Assembly: GCF_031769215.1 (NCBI RefSeq)
Contig: NW_026782212.1
Coordinates: forward strand, 496,001 to 560,000
Reading direction: 5' to 3'
DNA length: 64,000 nt
Source: Ylistrum balloti
Taxonomy: Eukaryota
Below are positions 52,001 through 60,767 of the stretch, in pieces. The stretch's first letter is position 1; each line of letters begins with the position of its first letter. Made by a program: the position numbers and the translations under genes. Under the pieces are notes generated by a model that saw only the letters and a list, made by a program, of their open reading frames with translations, was not told the DNA's origin and did not search any database.

Positions 52001-55000
52001 ATATATAGTGTCCAACATCTTCGGTAAGGCAGACAATTCTGTATGACAGAGCGTCGCAGTAAATCAGCACCACTACAGTGAACCACAGCGATCTCCAGTT
52101 CCATATCTTACACTGTACTACATGGGCTGTACTATATTGGAATGTATTTAAATGTCTGATTTGTTTTATTTTCCCGTTTAATTCCATGAATGTGGACACG
52201 CGGTCGTTAGTAATATTTATCTTGAGGATCTAGGACAGTTGACAATTACACTGGTTAACCGGCCTTTGTATAAATAAAATATTTCCGTTATATCAGAAAT
52301 TTATAAACCGTTAATAGTGTTGTTCTTCTGAATCAACACTGACTTCTGTATTAAATGGTAATGGAGATCGTGTAATGAGTACTAGCGTACCCCAACAGTA
52401 CAATACAGGTGGTACCTAGTACCTCTAGTCACACCAGTTATGTGGCATGCCTACCTAATACATGATGAGATATTTAACTCTAATTATCATAGATCACGAT
52501 TCTTAACAGCAGATTTCGTTGTATAGGTACATATACAGCTAAAACAATTCATGTCGAATTGAATCCTTACTTAACGTTCATGTCGGTATGAGGGCAAATT
52601 ACTTGGTTTTATTATTATTATTATTATACAGATTTCCATAAGTCATGAAAGGAAATAAAATGACCTGGTGTAAATATATATGCAGTTTTGACAAAGGATC
52701 AAAAGTTTCTTCCATTTGTATTTATGACAGGTAAATTGTCTTACTACGGAATCTATTTTTTTTTTTTTTTAATTTCAGCTTATTTCACATTTAGTCTCAT
52801 CCATGATCCATATAATTAGTTATTTGTAAACAATGTTGAATTATATGCTTTGTTAGAATTGTTAGGTCAGTTTCTTTCTCTCTTTTTTCTGTATTTATGT
52901 ATAACTACTACAGCGAGCATTACCCCATCACTGACGACAAACCCCTCGATTCATGTCGCAAAATCCCAATTTGATTACGCAGCTTAAGACTACTTGAAAT
53001 GTGAAGTGTATTTGGTTCTACCTGAATAATAGGCGGGTCTACCTAGTGGTAATACCACATATTCAATCTCATGTGGCTATTGTTGTTTTTTTTTTTTTAA
53101 TTTTTATTTTTGTCCACAATAAGATTATCTAGAATTAGGAGGGGCATTTAAAAGACAGTCAGAAATCTAAAGCGGCGTACCGTGTAATTAAACGAGATTT
53201 CAATTTCTCAATATCTTAACTGTTAACTAATGGTGTGTAGGATGGGTTTGAACAGGAGCAGGTACGGCAGTATAAAATTGTGTGCTCTGGCATGGAAAAT
53301 AGATTAACTTGTAAACTTTTACTTGACCGTGTCTGTAAGTACATTGTTTGAAGAATGATTGTAAATTGTAGGAACAGCATGGCTTTGTTTTATTTACTGT
53401 TACTGCATCAACCATACGTACATGTAAGCATGTTACATTTCGTTATGTACACTGTATTTGATTCTACAACTGTTGGGTCTGAAGGAGAAGACTTTTGAAA
53501 TTTGAGTTAATTTAACACCCTTTGAGTCCCGATCATTGGGGCCAATGCTGGTCATCAAATCTTATGTCAGCAAATAAAACCTATCTAATTTGACCCATAG
53601 CATCAAAATACTATTACAATTTCATATTGCAGATGGAAGATTGAATTTCATGATACTGTGATTTTTATAACAGCACGGAAGATGATTATAATAAACAAAC
53701 CTTTCATGTTTCACAGCATTGAACTCATCGCCTGTCACGTCGATGTCGTCCGTTATAATTATCACATTAATACATTACTGTTTGGCAGATGCTTTCTTAT
53801 AGTTTTCAATCTGTCACGTACCATTTATTTTTCACGTCCATTTTACTCATCATAGTTATGTGTGATCGGTTTAATTAGAGAGTATAATCGGGTAAATACT
53901 CTATACTCTATAGAATACAGAAATGTGATTATTCATTACGTTCTCAATACATACAGATATGTAATAAGACCATTCTACTCAAATTTCCTTCACAATGATG
54001 TACGTATATCTATCAACGCGCAATCACGAGTGACGTGCATTTTGAATCCATTATATTAATTAATATGCAAAACTGTAAAAGGTTTAGAAATAACACCGAT
54101 GTTGGTAGTGAATGAATTCCTTTTTTCTAAGCTGCAGATGTCTGCACCAATTCATCACTACATAAATACCTCGCCCATTGCTCATTGTACATTTAATTAT
54201 ATGTCTAAGACGAGATATGAAATTAAATCACTGAAATGACTTACATTTAAAGATCATATACATGATTCATCAATAGCGAAATATGAGCCACCCCAGCAGA
54301 CTAGTCACGTGACTAAAAACGCTAGGATAATCAAATTTAAAATGAATATTGTTACTGAAAATGATGATTCTTATACATAAAATTATTATTTCTGTTTTGT
54401 TTTTGTTTTTTTCAACGTCGGCTTATATCAAGTTCACAACAAAGTTTATTTTATCGGGAAAAGAATTTTAAAAAACTGATTAATTAAGTATAAACTTTAT
54501 TTTTTACAACAATTGCGAAACAAGCTTTCAGTTGATATTAATCACTCTTGTTGTCTCGGATGGAAGGGCGCAGGGGGTCTTACTGTGGGAGGAAACCGGA
54601 GTGTTCCGGGGAAAACCCACGTGATCTGGCAGGTAGCCTCTTACCTTTTCACGTCCGGTTCCTGGAATCGGACCCCGGACGGCTAGGTAAATGCCGAGTG
54701 TATTATCACTACGCCACTGGATCACCCTGATTAATTATTCATAGTTTTATTTTTTTGATAGCTGATTTGATTGTGATCATATTTAGAATGGCCACATGAA
54801 TAAGTACATCACTATCACACCTGTTACATTGTACAGGTAAACACGCTAGTACTACAGTCCCTTCCACTCACCAAATGGGGACTTTAATAAAATGTGTCAC
54901 CACCATTATTCAATCCGTTTACAGTCCATTCTTGTTTATTGGCTGTACCCCCTATGAATTGCCAATGCATTTATTTTATTTGTCTATATTCAAACATCGC

Positions 55001-57428
55001 CGTTGAATAAATCTACATTTCCCACAACAGTCTTTATAAATATTCAATTTTGATTTTCAGCCATTCATTTCAAATTTTATGTTTGCGACCAAGTAAAAAG
55101 AGTAGATCTACAAAGGAACCAATCACACGGAGGTTAAGTTAAAAGGTCTTCCGAATAGACGTCCGCTCGTCTCGTTTATAACATTTGGAATTTACATACC
55201 AGTTACAATGTACCTTGGAGTCATTTTGTGAAGTTCTTCGTTGATTCAATTATTATATGTAATAAATGTATATGTTACAAGCTAATCATATCTAGTAGAT
55301 GGTCGTCTACCAAAATTATATAACGTCTGTCTGGACATGAAACTAACTTTAAAAAGTTAACACGAAAACAAACAATACGCTAACAAGAAGTTTATCCATG
55401 TCATGGTAACATTGAATAGCTCCTGGAATGCAAGGTCACAAATTTAAGTCCATCTCGAGAAGTTCAAAATATTGCCAGTATAACGATGAAAATAGGTCAG
55501 CCAAAAATGTGTAAAAGATCATACGAGACAGAACAGTATACATCCCAAAATAACTCCTCTTCAATAAGATTCTAACAAATGTATTGACTGCCTGCCCTAC
55601 TTTCGTATCTGCTGACTACCATTTCTTTCGCAAGAAAATAAACATTTTAACACCAGGGGAATTTGTAAAATCTCCACTACCATTTTTCACTTTTATTGGA
55701 AAACATTAACTAGTATGCGGAGTGTGTTAGGTGTAACCAAATTTGTGTGTTTCCTCGATTTTTTTCCTACTTTCACGTTAGCATCACTATTAACACGAAG
55801 AAGGCATTACAAGGCGGTTCCCTAAGGACATGGCGTGTTTGGTGACCTATATAAAAGAAAAATGAAGCAATCAGGTAAGAACTAAGGAAAGGGGGCGGAT
55901 ATCTACCACTGACCGAGTCTGAGAAGATCTGTTCTAGACGCGCAAGGAAAAATGTCTGCCACTTATCATGATAAAACTGTTGTGTATATTAAGTTTTTAA
56001 ATGTTGGAAAGTTGACAGGATAACGTGATAAATTGGTCAAACTTCTGTGTCCTTAATATTGCTAGCCTACCTGCGCATGCGTCACACCATCCTGTAATCA
56101 GAGGTGATACCCTCTCACACACGTTCACAAGCACGCGGTCACACACTCATATATAGCGGTTCGAAAGCACAACCTTGTCGCTTACGGTCTGTCTCTACAA
56201 AACACTGCACAGCGAGCACGGATTATACACTCCGATGTAATCGGATTCAGCGCTTCTTGATGTTCCTTGTAGGATTTACTTCTTATATTTTGAACCTGTA
56301 TAATAACACCACTTCACTTCAAATCCATTCAAATAGAAAATCAAGTAAATCCGGTTGTGTAATGGCTCCGTATAACAGTGTCGCAGAGGTTTAGCACATA
56401 TTTATGGTTTAAGTAATGCAGTTCGTCTTTGGAAATAATCTGTTTATCTTAAATCGTGCCACTCACATCTGAACATCGCATTTGCCGATAATTCGTATGC
56501 GAAGCAAGAACGAATTACGATATCCCATCTTGTGTCATTCGGATCAATATTTCATACAAAATAAAACTGTTTCATTTTGAAAATCGAATTCATAGCGATA
56601 AGCGGAAGAAATCTGATTCTCTAGAAACATTGCTGTTGTCTGAGAAAGATTCAATACACCTGGTCACGTAATTCAACAACATACTTATACCGTCAAATAA
56701 CATGCTTTCATTCTTCTATTTTTCTCAGAAACAGTCGCTTTGTAAGTTTATATACATTTGTATTAAACATCGACATAACATATTTACAATCTTATTTAGG
56801 ACAATGGCAATGTCTCATTGAAACTATGAAATGTGACCGACAATTTCGAATGAATCTTATTTAAAACTTCTCCGTTAAAGTGGCAGTCAAACCATAAAAA
56901 TGGCATTGCTTTAGGAAAAATTCCAGGTACCTTGAAACTAACATTCTATTTCGCCCTATTGGGGGTTAGTTGAGGTGTCGGGTTGGTAACAGATGAGTAC
57001 AAACATGTACGGTAAGAAATTCAGATAATTTATTTACTGTTTATTTAACAGGTTGTATCCCCATTATAACGGCCTTTCAGCGGACGAGATCTGAGAGTAA
57101 ACATGTGTGCCAATATGTAGGGGAGGGAGAATTAGCTGCCGGGAGGGGAGGGGTAATCCTATGGAGTAAGGCAGGGTCGTTCATATAAGCGACGTCACCG
57201 TCAGCGGGTGGTAACGAGCACGTGTGGTTGTTCATTTAGAGAAAAGGATTAATATAAACAGGAAGTATCAAAGACGAGTTACAGAGGATGTGGTATTCAC
57301 TGGGAGGGGGTGTGGGGTGTGGAGGGAATGTTGTTGTACATACCTATTCGGATGGTGTTCTGTAAACCGCTGGACGACGTCACTTGAAGGAGTAGCAGTG
57401 TCCCCAGCCAGAAGATTTTGGCGACCAT
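21887..57428 (-). CDS. GRIK2-like: Gene B: complete kainate-type ionotropic glutamate receptor, 15 coding exons, 904 aa; join(complement) 57344-57428, 45341-45496, 34704-34955, 33983-34173, 33688-33741, 32988-33155, 29950-30102, 29389-29493, 28887-29000, 27552-27752, 26960-27302, 26431-26648, 26073-26298, 25202-25464, 21887-22072
   Basis: Manual exon assembly. All 14 introns are GT-AG with matching phases, and exon lengths sum to 2715 nt (905 codons incl. stop). Kainate-family hallmarks: [44 protein letters not shown], and C-tail [16 protein letters not shown] (cf. GluK2 SFCSAMVEELRMSLKC). The symbol is family-level only; one-to-one orthology is not established. Confidence 0.95.
25202..25464 (-). 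CDS. GRIK2-like: Gene B exon 14 (end of S2, M4): (D)[17 protein letters not shown]...VFVVLIGG...[10 protein letters not shown]
   Basis: WW..GGGKC and M4; acceptor ccctcgtag, donor AAG|GTAATA. Confidence 0.97.
26073..26298 (-). CDS. GRIK2-like: Gene B exon 13 (S2): [11 protein letters not shown]...[12 protein letters not shown]...[12 protein letters not shown]
   Basis: Ligand-binding Glu (AES) and DSKGYG motif; acceptor attttcag, donor G|GTAAAG. Confidence 0.98.
26431..26648 (-). CDS. GRIK2-like: Gene B exon 12 (M3, start of S2): (G)[37 protein letters not shown]...DGSTKNFFA
   Basis: SYTANLAAF gate motif, GST ligand motif; acceptor tttcttag, donor GCA|GTATGT. Confidence 0.98.
26960..27302 (-). 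CDS. GRIK2-like: Gene B exon 11 (S1, M1, M2 pore loop with Q at the Q/R site): [25 protein letters not shown]...[10 protein letters not shown]
   Basis: Glutamate-binding Arg (WDRE), M1 and LMQQG present; acceptor ttccag, donor G|GTAAAT. Confidence 0.98.
27552..27752 (-). CDS. GRIK2-like: Gene B exon 10 (S1): DTPYVLE...[13 protein letters not shown]...[21 protein letters not shown]
   Basis: YEGFCIDLL motif; acceptor ataaag, donor CGG|GTAAAT; 201 nt. Confidence 0.96.
28887..29000 (-). CDS. GRIK2-like: Gene B exon 9 (ATD-S1 linker): [38 protein letters not shown]
   Basis: VGxW and NKTLRV motifs; acceptor tttaag, donor GTT|GTAAGT; 114 nt. Confidence 0.94.
29389..29493 (-). CDS. GRIK2-like: Gene B exon 8 (ATD): [35 protein letters not shown]
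   Basis: FEGLTG motif; acceptor gatag, donor AAG|GTAAAT; 105 nt, in frame. Confidence 0.94.
29950..30102 (-). CDS. GRIK2-like: Gene B exon 7 (ATD): [20 protein letters not shown]...[21 protein letters not shown]
   Basis: Acceptor ttttaacag, donor GCG|GTATAT; ALMYDA and C...W..G motifs. Its reading frame is not in the ORF track. Confidence 0.95.
32988..33155 (-). CDS. GRIK2-like: Gene B exon 6 (ATD): [25 protein letters not shown]...GQRQIP
   Basis: Acceptor gatacag, donor CCG|GTATGT; [12 protein letters not shown] motif typical of invertebrate kainate-type receptors. Confidence 0.95.
33688..33741 (-). CDS. GRIK2-like: Gene B exon 5 (54 nt, ATD): [18 protein letters not shown]
   Basis: Acceptor ctgtttcag, donor TTG|GTGAGT; HYLFTSL|D motif joins in frame to exon 6. 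Confidence 0.93.
33983..34173 (-). CDS. GRIK2-like: Gene B exon 4 (ATD): (G)[23 protein letters not shown]...[17 protein letters not shown]
   Basis: Acceptor tttctatttcag, donor CAG|GTATAG; GLxRLQE and IIVDC motifs. Not in the ORF track. Confidence 0.95.
34704..34955 (-). CDS. GRIK2-like: Gene B exon 3 (ATD): (V)[16 protein letters not shown]...FTVLYEDND
   Basis: Acceptor cttctatttcag, donor G|GTAAAA; AAMFGP, IPHIQ and LYED motifs. Confidence 0.96.
35840..36070 (+). repeat. Same family, copy
   Basis: CATAATCCAAATCAAATTTCATAAAACTAGGG...GTAAGACCAG...CATCTTCTGCTTCATCGACGAAACCCGCTATGTAAACCTTGGTC. Confidence 0.7.
37278..37293. repeat. (TA)8 microsatellite
   Basis: Direct reading. Confidence 0.9.
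38065..38260 (+). repeat. Same family, copy
   Basis: ATAAAACTAGGGAAATTATGAACAAACGAAGACTTTAAACGGAGACTCCTGAA...GGAGAATAAGACCAGGTG...GTAAGCGTCTTCTGCT. Confidence 0.7.
41105..41158 (-). mobile_element. Probable truncated SINE/LINE 3' tail
   Basis: The minus strand reads TAAATGACCCTGGCTGGTAACGGGACATTAAAC followed by a simple-repeat-like tail, resembling mollusc SINE 3' ends as I recall them. No head is visible. Confidence 0.4.
44125..44200 (+). repeat. Same family, short fragment
   Basis: CATAATCCAAACTAAAATTCAATAAAACTAGGGG matches 35850-35875. Confidence 0.5.
45341..45496 (-). CDS. GRIK2-like: Gene B exon 2 (ATD): [51 protein letters not shown]
   Basis: Acceptor ttttttag, donor G|GTAATG; typical iGluR ATD start (AIDEIN, DSF). 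Confidence 0.95.
53046..53290 (+). repeat. Dispersed direct repeat, copy 1 (pairs with 58195-58445)
   Basis: Shared blocks GTGGTAATA.CACATATTCAATC.CATGTGGC, TGTCCACAATAAGAT, GGGCATTTAAAAGACA, AAAGCGG.GTAC.GTGTA, GATTTCAATTTCTC, TAACTAATGGT. Confidence 0.85.
54487..54727 (-). mobile_element. tRNA-derived SINE with V-domain core
   Basis: The minus strand starts GGGTGATCCAGTGGCGTAGTG (A box) ... GGTCCGATTCC (B-box-like), then GGGTTTTCCCCGGAACACTCCGGTTTCCTCCCAC (V-SINE core) and an A-rich tail. Flanked by TSD TGATTAATTA (54477-54486, 54728-54737). Confidence 0.88.
57344..57428 (-). CDS. GRIK2-like: Gene B coding exon 1: start codon and signal peptide [29 protein letters not shown]
   Basis: ATG in strong context (GAA ATG G), hydrophobic core, canonical IRIG|GLF junction, phase-1 donor G|GTATGT matching the phase-1 acceptor at 45496. 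Not in the ORF track. Confidence 0.93.
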
Positions 57429-57685
57429 TTCATCTGTGTAGTGGGAGTACGGGACCTGCGGGCCCGTCCTCAATAAGTAGTTCCCGGGTTCCGGGAATCA
57501 ACCCTCAATTAACACAGAAATCCACTTCTTATTTATCACAAAATTTTCTAGTGTATAACACGCACTTATATATTACGCTTATGTTGAGTCAGACGTGTAA
57601 TCTCACTAATGTTAATCCAAACTCCGAGAATACCAGCTCCATCTCGCCTTCCGTCAGGGTAAGGGTTCCACTTCTCCCGCTGTTG
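57429..57685 (-). other. 5' UTR portion of gene B's first coding exon (tandem acceptors at 57686-57687 and 57680-57681)
   Basis: Strong pyrimidine tract tctttattttattttgttttaacag followed by CAACAG, implying an upstream non-coding exon. Confidence 0.6.
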
Positions 57686-58194
57686 CTGTTAAAACAAAAT
57701 AAAATAAAGACTTTAAAATAAGTAAAATGAATTATGCCATGTTCAACTCGAAATCGCACCGGCCATGAAACATGTGAAGATCCTTAGTTTGAATGGGTAG
57801 TAATAAAACTATGTCTCACAAGCTAACTGTTGGAGACGTTGTAGTCACACTTCCAAACGGACATGTATATACGTACTTGCTAAGCATAGTAATCGTCACC
57901 GCTCAGAAACTATTAACACCATCAGATATCAATCCTTTAAAATCTATATCGAATCAGAGACAAGCGTCTGACAGTATATATAGACATATACGTCTGGACT
58001 ACGACTTGTATAAAAACAGCCCGGCAATCATCGCTGATTTGTAAACGATTTTTTTACCGAGATGATAAGAGGAATTTGGTCGTACATGTAGTGGTTCTAT
58101 ACATGTTTTGGTGCGTAACAGGTCAGTCTGTAAGGTGTTATGGGCTTTATCTAAATAACTTAAACGTTGGCTATCGAGTCGGGATCAATCATCC

Positions 58195-58445
58195 GTGGTA
58201 ATAACACATATTCAATCCCATGTGGCCATTGTTGTTTTGTTTTGTTTGTCCACAATAAGATCTATCCAGAATTTAGAAGGGCATTTAAAAGACAATCGGA
58301 GATTTAAAGCGGTGTACTGTGTAGTTACACGGGATTTCAATTTCTCGATGTTTTAATTTACAGTTAACCTGCTCAACATTTAACTAATGGTATGTACAGG
58401 TAGAATGGGCCTGTACAGTGACAGGTATGTCTGTAAAACTGTGTT
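58195..58445 (+). repeat. Dispersed direct repeat, copy 2 (pairs with 53046-53290)
   Basis: Colinear with copy 1, with a small insertion near 58365-58380; runs directly into the 33-bp minisatellite. Confidence 0.85.
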
Positions 58446-58600
58446 CTCTTACACGGAACACATGCGTAAAAGTGCTTACTCTAACACGAGAAACACGTGT
58501 AAATCAGTATAGTCTAACACAGGACACGTGTGTAAAAGCGCGTACTCTTACACGAGAAATGCGTATAAAGCGTTGAAAATTGTGTACTCCAACACGAGAA
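58431..58600. repeat. Degenerate ~31-35 bp minisatellite (4-5 copies, consensus approx. GTGTACTCTAACACGAGAAACACGTGTAAAA)
   Basis: Recurring ACTCT(A/T)ACACGAGAAA core visible at roughly 33-bp spacing. Confidence 0.7.
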
Positions 58601-60767
58601 ATTTCGGTGATACTAACACTTATTATCTCGAACGATCGACTTAATTTCTCGAGCTCTCGACATATCTACTAGCAGATCACGACCGTTTTATAACTACCGT
58701 AAACAACGATATAGTCTGTAGATTAATCAGTATTGCTGTATTTAAATGGCATGCTGCTATGTCGAGTGGTCGAGAAATTAAAAGTCAAGCGTTTGAGATA
58801 ATAAAGTCGAGTGTCCGAGAAGTTATGTCGGACAGTATCGAAGTTATTGCTAAATATTACTTGCCTGTTTGATGCGATTAATAATCCAATCAAACATATA
58901 TACATGTTTCATGTACATTTCATGATGGTTATAATCGTAAACATAGATATATACAAATTGTTCAACAAAAATGTCTTCTATTGTAAATACAACACGGAAA
59001 TGAGCTACATGTAAATATCCCAACTACCAGGTAATTATCTATGACGTTCAATATTGACTATAAAGATGTAGTAGGATGCGTGGGTCTATGGAACATCGTG
59101 ATGGCACGTTATATAGTACAGGCTATAATGAGGTAGAGAAACCAGAGACGTACTTAAACCTCATACTGTACTGACTCACAAAATCACAAGAATAAAAACA
59201 TGACTATCACAATTATCTATCAAATTAATTTTCTTCATGTCAATGTTAAAATAAAGTTTAAAAAAAGAGAGAAAAAAACTTACTTCAGTTTGCTAATCTT
59301 CCCCGTAGATGTCGCCAGTGAGTAGAGTATGTTATTTCCAACCTACATTAATGGGACCATTACGATATGCCGGTAATTAGCTAGGTGAAGCGGTGGGTGG
59401 GGACTTACGTAACAGTTCCTCTCTGGGGTGTAGTTAACAGTAACAAGATTTATAAACGCTACGACCCCCTCCCGCTGTCATCTAATTTGACACGGCTGTT
59501 CATTGTGAGCTGGACACATTGGGACAAAGCCGACCAGACTATACATTGTGTACTGGTCATTCCGGACTGGGCTGGTCAGTTTTAGACAATATAGAGAGGA
59601 TACCACGATTGCTATAGTTTATGACACGTCTATAAAGTGTCTTTCTACCTTGTAATAACATATTACCATGCTCCTAGTGCTTTCTCAGGTGGTGACCAGT
59701 AACTTGAGATGTTTACGCCGTCAGGAAATTAAGCTGATAGTGATGACCATCACACTGTTAGGTGTTAAAATAATAAACAACAATAGCTGTTGTGAGGCCC
59801 TCGTGTCCCCGGGTGATGGAAGGTACACGTACTTGATATATCCCGACATAATGAAGTCAACGCTATCTTCTTGTGTAAAATAGCTTTTTGCACAAACAAA
59901 TTATTATGTGTTAAATTTCAAACGTGTCATGTGTCATTTTTTTCTATTTAAAAGTATAGATGTATGTTTCATAACGAGTTTGGTTTCTTTTGTGAAAATA
60001 TAAACAAATTGTTTAGCATTACTCGTAATGAAATGTATAAATAATGTTAATGAAATATCTATGAAATACAGTGTATTTTTACTACGTGACCATAAGATCA
60101 GATCCTAACATGACATGTAAAGTTTCCTTGTGTTTTAATGAGGAGGTGATGTAACCGTATCTATTGTACACTAAATAACGATGTAGTAATGTTAACCTTC
60201 GTATCCCACGCAATGTTATTACATAGCAAGCTTTGAACCTCAAATAATTAAAAGATATCTTTTCATTGCTGATACGTCTCATTAACAATTTAGATATTTT
60301 GTAACTTACACGAGATATACGTATATATATTTGATGGTTATTCGCTGAATGGACGCAAAAAGGAATGTATCATAGAGGTTTACGGTTATTGTCCGGAGTG
60401 AGGTCCAGTGTAACTTGGACATCAGCCACTAGACTGAACTAAAGGGGAAACTTAAGTTGCTGCCGATACCTCGCCACAGATGATAGATTACCATTGTCTC
60501 ACCTGTGACCACCAACAAACAATTAGGTACAAGACATGGCATTTTATGGCAGGTTTTTTTTTCAGAAAAACAAAAATGATTGTGTATTATATTCAAGGTG
60601 GTCGCATGTCATTCGAAGTTTTACGACTTGGTAGATCCTGAAAGCTAGACAAAGACCTCCCCACGACCCTGTATAGACAGTAATATTTTCGTTATGTTTA
60701 AACATTTACATATATGTGACTTAAATAAATTGAATAAAATATCAAGGGACAGTGAATCACCCTAAAA

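Noticed and set aside
52062-52082. RE1/NRSE-like TCAGCACCAC motif
   Set aside because: Only the left half matches, and REST is regarded as a chordate factor.
51993-52199. Signal-peptide-like stretch [18 protein letters not shown]
   Set aside because: No suitably placed ATG and no phase-1 donor.
56186-56295. 110-nt poison-exon candidate in gene B intron 1
   Set aside because: Weak pyrimidine tract; such AG...GTAAG pairs are expected by chance in a 12-kb intron.
57224-57721. 165-aa plus-strand ORF, and most other 60-130 aa ORFs in the track
   Set aside because: It lies antisense to gene B exon 1. The remainder are antisense shadows of exons, repeat-derived, or random AT-rich frames opened at non-ATG starts, with no recognisable domains.
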